From Schizochytrium sp. TIO01 (Eukaryota > Protista > Bigyra: Labyrinthulomycetes): a stretch of DNA of 64,000 nucleotides. Below are positions 55,624 to 64,000 of the stretch, piece by piece (the stretch's first letter is position 1; the number at the start of each line of letters is the position of its first letter). The stretch is from contig SMSO01000007.1 of assembly GCA_004764695.1 (NCBI GenBank), positions 558,001-622,000 of the forward strand. Direction: 5' to 3'. Position numbers and translations under genes: made by a program. The notes beneath the pieces are model-generated. The model was not told the origin of the DNA. It saw nothing but the letters and a program-made list of their open reading frames with translations, and did not search any database.

Positions 55624-56925
55624 ATACGCGTGCATCGCAATCGGAGCTGCGGGTGAAATGAAGCGCGAAGGTTTCCAAGTTTTTCACGGCCACCGCCAAA
55701 AGTAAGATTTGAAACGGGTAGACCCTCGGAAGAAACCTCCTCTTCGCTGTTGCATCGCATCGGCAGCAGCTTTAACGCCGCCGTCGACTTGGTCACAAGG
55801 CCAAGCAGGCAGGACAACGCTCTCTCTCTATCTCTCTATCTATCTATTTATCTGTCTATCTATCATCGGTGCTGTCACTGCCGAGGCTGTAGGACAGAGC
55901 TCCAGGGGACTAAGGTCAGCAATTAACTCTGCACACGCTCAGCAAGCGAGCGAGTAGACTTTCTTTCTTTCTTTCTTTCTTTCTTTCTCTCCTTCGAGAA
56001 GCTCGCTTGGCACAGCGGACGCTTGGCTTGAGGGATCTGAGTTGCTGAGTTGCTGAGTTGACTGAGCGTCCTTTCATTGCGGGATAATAAGAGGAAGCAA
56101 CGTTTCGATTGTCGCCTCCCGTAAATAAATGCCAAATCTCTGCTTTGAACCAACCAGCGAGCCAACAAATTGTTAATCATTGTTGTACCTTGATACCTTT
56201 TGCAGACAATCTTTTCACCGGCTTCAGCACGGAGCGGATTCGAGTGGCTAGCTAGCCAGGAAGTTGAATGCGCGGCTACTTGGATCCTAGCTAGCTAGCT
56301 AGCTAGGTACTGGGTCGGGTGAAGGCCTATCTTGGAGTTATTTCTTTGTTTCTCTTGTTTGTTTGTTTGTTTGCTTATTTTTTCTTTGAAAAATAAAACA
56401 GAAACGCAAGTATATGTGTTAACGAACCCTAACTCAACAGAGAGATGGAGGCAAGGTTTCCAGTCTCGTGAAAATAAAAGTAATCCTATATATGATAGAT
56501 TTAACATTGTCGAGTAAGTTGAGATGTAAAACGAACCACAACTTACTTTATCATTTCTTTCTTTTTTACATTGTTACTTTGACTTAAAATAAATTGAAAA
56601 AAACGAATGCATTTTAAAAAATAAAAAATAAAAAATCAATATAATTACGCAACAAAATATTGTACGTGCAGAGTCATCACAAAGTTAGCCCTCCTTTCTA
56701 AATACAGAATGGTGCTGTCGTAGATGAACATTCATTTATCATACTATACATACCAAACGAATTCAATTTTTTTTTAACAGAATGATAAACCCCCCAAAAG
56801 CCCAGAGAGGCAAGCAAGCAAACAACGAAAAGAGTGAATACACCCACCTAGCTACATTGCGATCTTTGGAAGCTGGCGAAGTCCTTTTGAAAAAAGACTG
56901 ACTGGCTGACTGACTGACTGACAGC

Positions 56926-57301
56926 CAAACAAACAAACAAACAAACAAACAAACAAACAAACAAACAAACAAACAAACAAACAAACAAACAAACAAACAA
57001 ACAAACAAACAAACAAACAAACAAACAAACAAACAAACAAACAAACAAACAAACAAACAAACAAACAAACAAACAAACAAACAAACAAACAAACAAACAA
57101 ACAAACAAACAAACAAACAAACAAACAAACAAACAAACAAACAAACAAACAAACAAACAAACAAACAAACAAACAAACAAACAAACAAACAAACAAACAA
57201 ACAAACAAACAAACAAACAAACAAACAAACAAACAAACAAACAAACAAACAAACAAACAAACAAACAAACAAACAAACAAACAAACAAACAAACAAACAA
57301 A
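56926..57301. repeat. (CAAA)n microsatellite, ~376 bp
   Basis: Direct reading; perfect array. Confidence 0.98.
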
Positions 57302-58105
57302 GCAGACAGACAGACGACATACGGCGAAGAACCACGCCCGCAGTCCTGTCCGTCTGCTTTGTACAGGCTTCACAGTTCAAGACTCAAGACCACCACCACC
57401 ACCTTTTGGCTCAGCCTAGCAGCGATGAGGAAAGCGCTCGATCGAATCCCAAGCATCTGCCGCCGCTGCTTCGTCGCCCTCGTCTTCCTCGCGAGCGTTG
57501 TTCATTCTGCCAGCCGGCTCTGGGCGGTGGCTCATCTTGGAACGCGACTATTCCATAGACAGCCAGCCACCCATGCCTGGCCAGCCACCTGGCCACCCAT
57601 GCAGTCGCAGGTGCCGCTCTTGTGACATGCATGCATGCATGCATGCATGGCAGCGTATCTGCGATGATGCCGTACCTCCAAGCAGATGAGGCAAATCAAG
57701 CCCACGCAGAGACCTGCGATGATGCCGATCCTCAGCTTGCTGGGCGACTCTGAACAAGTTCGACTTGCTGCTGGACGGCTTTCCCGCTTGTTTCACCAAC
57801 CCGCGAGACTTTCGAGCAACGCGGGAGTAAGTGAGTGAGTGAGTGAGAGAGTGAGTGAGTAAGTAAGCATGTATACGTACACGAGGCGAGATGAACGGAT
57901 CGAGCGGATTGAACAACGCCTCGTCAGAGCAAGCAGATCATGAACATATGATATCGCGGTGCTGCTTTGTTTAACTACTCGGCTTCCAAGTCCACTCAGC
58001 TCTGCAAGCATGCACGCACGCACACAGAATTCGAGTCAGCAGACCATCACTGTTTCGAACTGTTTCGAACTGCTTCGAACTGCTTACCTTCAACTTGGAT
58101 CAGCT

Positions 58106-58107
<2 letters not shown>

Positions 58108-58151
<44 letters not shown>

Positions 58152-58322
58152 AAACAGATCAAAGAAACAGATCAAAGAAACAGATCAAAGAAACAGATCA
58201 AAGAAACAGATCAAAGAAACAAAAACAAAAGAAACAAAAACAAAAGAAACAAATCAAAGAAAGCAAAATCAAAGAAACAGGTCAAAGAAAACAAAATCAA
58301 AGAAACAAATCAAAGGAACAAA
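58108..58322. repeat. (CAAT)n followed by 13-bp repeat AAACAGATCAAAG x5 and degenerate derivatives
   Basis: Direct reading. Confidence 0.9.
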
Positions 58323-58573
58323 CCAATCAATCGATCGATCACCGTTAGACTCCTTCAAGCAAAATGGGGGGCGCTTGAGTCTCTAGATAGAAATACCAGT
58401 TGCCTCAGACACCTCCACGAATCGGGATATTCTTGGCCACTCCTGCACGGAAGCGGGTTATTCTTTTTTTCTTTGTTTCTTTTCCTCTTCTGATTTGGAG
58501 GCTCGATTCCAAAGGCGATTGATCGATCGCTCGCGCCCCCCCGCAAGTGCCTACCTATACTACACTCGTAAGC

Positions 58574-58730
58574 AAGCAAAGCAAAGCAAAGCAAAGCAAA
58601 GCAAAGCAAAGCAAAGCAAAGCAAAGCAAAGCAAAGCAAAGCAAAGCAAAGCAAAGCAAAGCAAAGCAAAGCAAAGCAAAGCAAAGCAAAGCAAAGCAAA
58701 GCAAAGCAAAGCAAAGCAAAGCAAAGCAAA
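58574..58730. repeat. (AAAGC)n pentanucleotide repeat
   Basis: Direct reading. Confidence 0.97.
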
Positions 58731-61700
58731 CCTTGCCACAGCGAGCGATAGCACGTTCATTTTCCCAAGAACGCACCCAACGCAGCAGGACCAAACCAGA
58801 AGCGAAGCGGTGAGCACCTTAGGATCCATCCACTCGAAGACCAGGTAGCCTCCTCCTCATTCGTTGCTGTACCCAGCTACGCAGCACTCGCTGTGTGCAA
58901 GACGCCAGCAGCGGTCACGTTCTGAGATTCGCAGCTGCGACATGGACCTGAGAACGCACTGGCGGCGTTTCAGAAATGCCGAGGAAATGCTTGGGCAGAA
59001 GAAGAGCAGAAGAATAAATAATACAATGAAGGCCGCAAAACCGTCAGAAGAAGAACTCAAAGAGATCGAATTAACTTGATCGAAATGGCATCATTGCACT
59101 TAAGGAAGGAATATTCAGTGTGGCTCGGACTGACATAGGTACTGATAACAACGTACGTACTAGTTGAGACTCGAAGGCCCTTTAACAACTCAACGCGCAT
59201 TCCTGGACGAACCTCGACAGGGCCTTTCTATTCGACCAATCATGGCAATCAATGCGAGGGAAACACACCAAGCTAATAGAATAATACGGAATGACACGGC
59301 TCTCACTATTCTCACCAATTCCAATGGAGCGAGTAGGTATCTTCTACACTTCGAGTAGAGCATTTCGAAGGGAATATATTTTACAGTAGAATATAGGCGT
59401 TTCTTTGCTAGACGACCCCAGGTGAAAAGTGATCATGCTTTTCATTCGTATCGTTTATCCCATCTACGTACATACATATTAGCGGTACTTTTCCATTTTC
59501 CATTTCTTTTCCTTTCTTCATTTTAGACAGACCACATGATGATGCGGAAAATACCTTTTTTAACATTTCTCTCTTTACCGTACATGTTATATATATAATG
59601 TAAAAGCACTATTTTTCTTTTATTTGGTATATTTTTATCTTTTTAACAAATAGTAATATAAGAGAGCACAAGTTCAATTTTGAAAAAGAAAAAAATCAAA
59701 CGTAATACAAATGTTTTAATTTTATTTTTATTTTTAAGGTTTAAAAAAAAATATCAGTGATGTTTTCTTTAATAATATTCTGAGTACATAAACCTTTTCA
59801 GTTTGTAATTATAATAAGTAATAATCCTACTTCGGCCTCTTGAAATACAGACATCGTGTATCCAACTTCATGAATCTGAGGACACCATGACTCTAAAAGC
59901 TCATTCAAAAATCGGATGGCCTACAACCCATTCAAAACCCTATGAGTGATTGTAAAGTTTTTTATTGGAACAAACCAAATAGAACAAAACCTTCCTATTA
60001 AATCAATCGCATCATAGAAACAAGTTCATCTTTATACGTACTTCGCAATCTGGCACTTGGAAAATGCCATTTCCGCCCTTTAATCTTGGTACTTTCCTGA
60101 AGCTGTATACTCTTCTTTTCCGTTTTGTTATGATTGACAGGATTATTATTATTATTACTAACTTAAAATATATTGTCTTTTCCTGTTATAAATAAGGTCG
60201 TTTACTTTACTTCACACACAAATTAACCTGGCGTAAGAAAAGTGTTTAAATATTGGCACCGGGACATGGCTTCTTCTTATGATCCTCCCCCTCCTCCATT
60301 CATCATCACCTAATGATAGAATAATTCCTATAAACTTTCGCTCCGTGCACGAACCAGCTTTATTAAATAATTATTTTTATCAGCGTTTTTTTCTTTATTT
60401 TTAATGTTAATGAGCTTACACGAAGTTTTGCAATTTATTTCGTGCTCGATTTTTCAAGGAGAGAAAACTGAAAACAAACCACATTTCACATGGAGAAAAC
60501 ATCAGCGGGAAGTAGGTGGTCGCAAACTTAACTCCTACTTCTATGCAATCTGCCTTTTTGCTCACATTTAATCCGCAGAAAGCTATCATTTTGTAAGCAG
60601 TCTGGTGAACACCAACGAGGGATTAACAGACAAAGTGCTGAGCGAGAAGACGTAGCTCTACTCTGTGCAATCCAAGTTTGCGGGTACAAATCCTTGCATC
60701 GTTTCAGATTGGTCACTCTGAATTAGGAGAAAGTCTATTCTGGACTGGATATAGCCCGAATACTGTTGCAGAGTGTAATTCCATCTTTCGAATTTTCTAT
60801 GATTACTATTATTATTATTCAGAAAATAGAAAGGAACCAATAAGTGCTCTTCCCAACCGAACCAAACGTTTGTACCTCTGCATCAGCAGGCATTCGGTGT
60901 CCCTGTATATAGTTAAAAATCAAACTCTCTCCTTATTAAATGAATACCCTTAGCAACTGCTTAACTAGATACATATGCTCCTGTCTAAAAGCTTCGTTGA
61001 AATGTACTTCTCTTTTTAATCCAAGTAATATGCACTTCATTGGGTCATTGAACTTTATTTATGCATACGCTGTATGTATCCCCCGTGATGTCCTGGATTG
61101 TGCCTCTTGCATCTGAGTTCTGGTGCGTTAGTGCATTAGAGCACAGAGACCTATCGCCCTCTTTGCATATTTTTTATTTTTATGCTTCCTGGTTCACTCT
61201 CTTGGATATCGTGCATGATCAAGAACGGGACAGTACAACAGCAAACCTCCATAACCGGGGTAAAACATGTAACGCTATCCATGACGGACTGAAGCGCATA
61301 AATTACATCCAGACAGAGACCTGCTCGTCAGGAAGCAGCCAAAAGTAGGCAATCAACCCAACTTCCGTGGGGGGGTGCCACACAACAGTAGTCGAATACA
61401 TTGATCACTTTTGAACCAAACTAAACATGCAAAAATATACATTACATCTCTTTCATTCGAAATGAGTGTTTCTTACAAAATGTACCCGAAGACTCATATG
61501 AATGTTCTGTAGATATAATCTTGTTCCCGATATTGGCGCATCTTAGGATAGTACAGATCTTCAAACACAGCAAGTTAATTCGTCAAATTAATCAAGCCAC
61601 TGCGACCTTACCAATTTTACTCTTGAAATATATATATATATGTTAACTTTTCCTAACAAACTTTATAGACAATTGTTTTTAGTTTGTTTTTATTTACTTC

Positions 61701-63735
61701 TTTTTAAATAAAATTTTAGCCATACAACTGTTTTCCTTACCTCATTTTAAATAAGAATAAAATATAGTGGAAAGGCTGGCTAAGATATATTCATTTAATT
61801 GAAAAGCCAAATTTTAAAAAATAATATAATATTAAAAAATCTCAGAACTCAGAATATTATATATATTCCTCCAAACCCTCAGGATGGGCCGGTTAGCCAG
61901 GTGCGCTTGTTTAGAACCAGACCATTTTATTTTTTAATCGTTTGAATTTATAAAAACCAAGACACTGATGCCTTTATCAAATATTTGACAAAGTTATAGG
62001 TAATTACCCAAATCATTTTAGACGTATATTTTGTATATATAGGGGATTTAATTTTAAAAAAAAAAAATAAGAAAATAAAAAGGAAAGGAAAGGGAAGGGA
62101 AGTTAAGTTAAGTTACAGTTCAACCCGAAAATAGTCAATATCATAATATTAGAATAGAACAACTGTAGTTTATAATGTCCAAAAGATCATGCATCAAAGT
62201 AATATTGCTACATTTTCTTGCACATGTCTCCCCTTATATCATATTCAATAACTGAACTATTTTAACTACGCGTAGGTTTGATCTTTTATTCTAAAAACTG
62301 GAATAACGAGTAGAACACAAGATTGGCGAGATGAGATGCATAACAGCATAACACACAGAAATACTCTCTAGTAGCTAAGAGTACGTACAAGCAACGAGAA
62401 TACTTAATAAGAACTCTATGAATAGAAAAATGCCCATCAATCCAGCTTTCTTCAACATGTACCTAGATTCATCCCTAGTGCAAGAAATCATTCCAAAAGA
62501 CAGAAGGTGCGATACATTCTTATATTATGTAACATCGATGTAACGCAAATTGTTGGCGTTTTAAATGTGCATTAACGCAAACGAAAGTCTCTTTCAATTG
62601 GTGATAAAGCTCAACAATTCATTATGATGAGAGGAGGAGCTGACTCTTTAGGTGAGGCAAAGCAGTCTTAGGTTTTTAGCAACTTTAATTCGCTGCCTAT
62701 GCAGTTTTTCATGGCGTAGAAATGATTTATTCCCTAACTTCTCAATGCTGTTTTGGGACTTCGAAGGGGTGTTACGACTCAATTATCTCTCTTGTTTGTT
62801 TCCGTAATCAACATCTTTGTATTATCAATTTAACAAAACACTGATTGCAGGAGAAAAGAAAAGCGAGCTCGGGCATTTTTTAATCATCATAGAGATAGCT
62901 CGGAATTCCAGGCTTGATCCATCGAAGATGCAACCCACAGCCCAAAGAAGAACCTTCATCGATTGCTTTTTTCCAAACTGATGTCCAGATAAGCACGTTC
63001 ATTACATCCAGTCCACGCAAACATCCCATCAGCAAAATTGCCCTTGGCCTTTGAAAAATATATATATTGCATTCTGATAACTTGATTTACTTTACCTGCT
63101 TTAAAATAACAGAGAATGTCTAATTTCTATCTAATTCCAATCAAAAGGTTGCGAACGCTGCAGCATTTCCAATGCTGCACTATTGTTCTGCGGTCCTTTC
63201 AGATGGTGAAAGCTACTCGCCCGTAGCTGAGTGATTAGGTACCCAATGTATTTGCTTGTATCCTATTCTATTCACATTCGAGATTACAGCTTTTATATAC
63301 ATACCAGTGTAATTTTTGGACAGAATGACTTAAGTTCAAAATAATAGAACATCCAAGCCATGGTAGTCGCATCGCCATGACGCCAACTAATTGACAAATC
63401 ATAGACTTTCATGTAATAACAGGTACTACACTGAACAAAAGTAGTTTCCTTAAATTGCAAAAACTAAACGTCAACTCACGCCTACTACAACTCTTTTCCT
63501 TTTTTTGGTACCAACCTTTTTTTAAATTAAGTATTAATAACTATAACCCACTTAGTTCCTTTTAACAGCATCTACTAATGAAGAAAAAAGAAGAAAAACT
63601 TACTGAAGATAGCTAAGCAGGGTAAAATGGTTGTGACAATAAATATGAAGTAAACCTCACCCAATTGTGGTCTGTGGAACCACAGGCTTGCTAGTCTATT
63701 TTTATAATAGCCCTGTTGGAAGAAAGAGTGAGAGA

Positions 63736-63808
63736 AAGGAAGGAAAGGAAGCAAGGAAGGAAAGGAAGCAAGGAAGCAAGGAAGCAAGGAAGCAAGGAAG
63801 CAAGGAAG
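63736..63808. repeat. (AAGGAAGC)n repeat
   Basis: Direct reading. Confidence 0.9.
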
Positions 63809-64000
63809 AAGGCAGGGGTTTTAAGAGAGGGACGTGACGTGACGTTTTGGACGAACTTTGGTACAAATTCCCAAGCATGAGAAACTTGAGCCCAAACTTC
63901 AAGCCGAGAGGGACATCATTTATTGAGTGCTCTCTCCTTTTTCTTTTATTCTTTTCAATCTTAAAATTTGAGGAAATAATCAATACACCACAATAACAAT

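Overview
Eukaryotic nuclear DNA with two very different parts. The microsatellite spectrum and gene style suggest a protist, possibly a thraustochytrid/labyrinthulomycete; this is inference only. (1) 1-~23.7 kb is a gene-dense island with no evident introns that looks foreign. It carries large-DNA-virus-type genes: a herpesvirus UL9/origin-binding-protein-like SF2 helicase with a Zn finger, a frameshifted poxvirus L1R-like myristoylated membrane protein, an OTU protease, a membrane-anchored glycosyltransferase, and a truncated antirepressor-like protein. It also carries a PD-(D/E)xK nuclease-kinase fusion, a non-canonical Fic protein and a tandem array of ~152-aa paralogues with conserved flanking cassettes. 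At its right edge, against host DNA, lies a Mutator/ISL3-like (DxxH) DDE transposase. By manual translation it reconstructs, across 2 frameshifts and 2 stops, into a ~1,680-aa transposase-Ulp1 SUMO-protease fusion. A junction near 14.78 kb joins two 5'-truncated divergent genes and separates a largely intact left segment from a decayed right segment. The best candidate for a novel system is a composite virus-transposon element, or an endogenous viral element integrated or remodelled by this transposon. No capsid, packaging ATPase or polymerase gene is visible, and the left end lies outside the window. (2) ~23.9-64 kb is host-like: one coiled-coil/PH-domain gene, then ~37 kb with no credible long ORF, rich in microsatellites and AT blocks. 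No rRNA, tRNA or CRISPR array was recognised. All family calls come from motif recognition by eye, not database searches.
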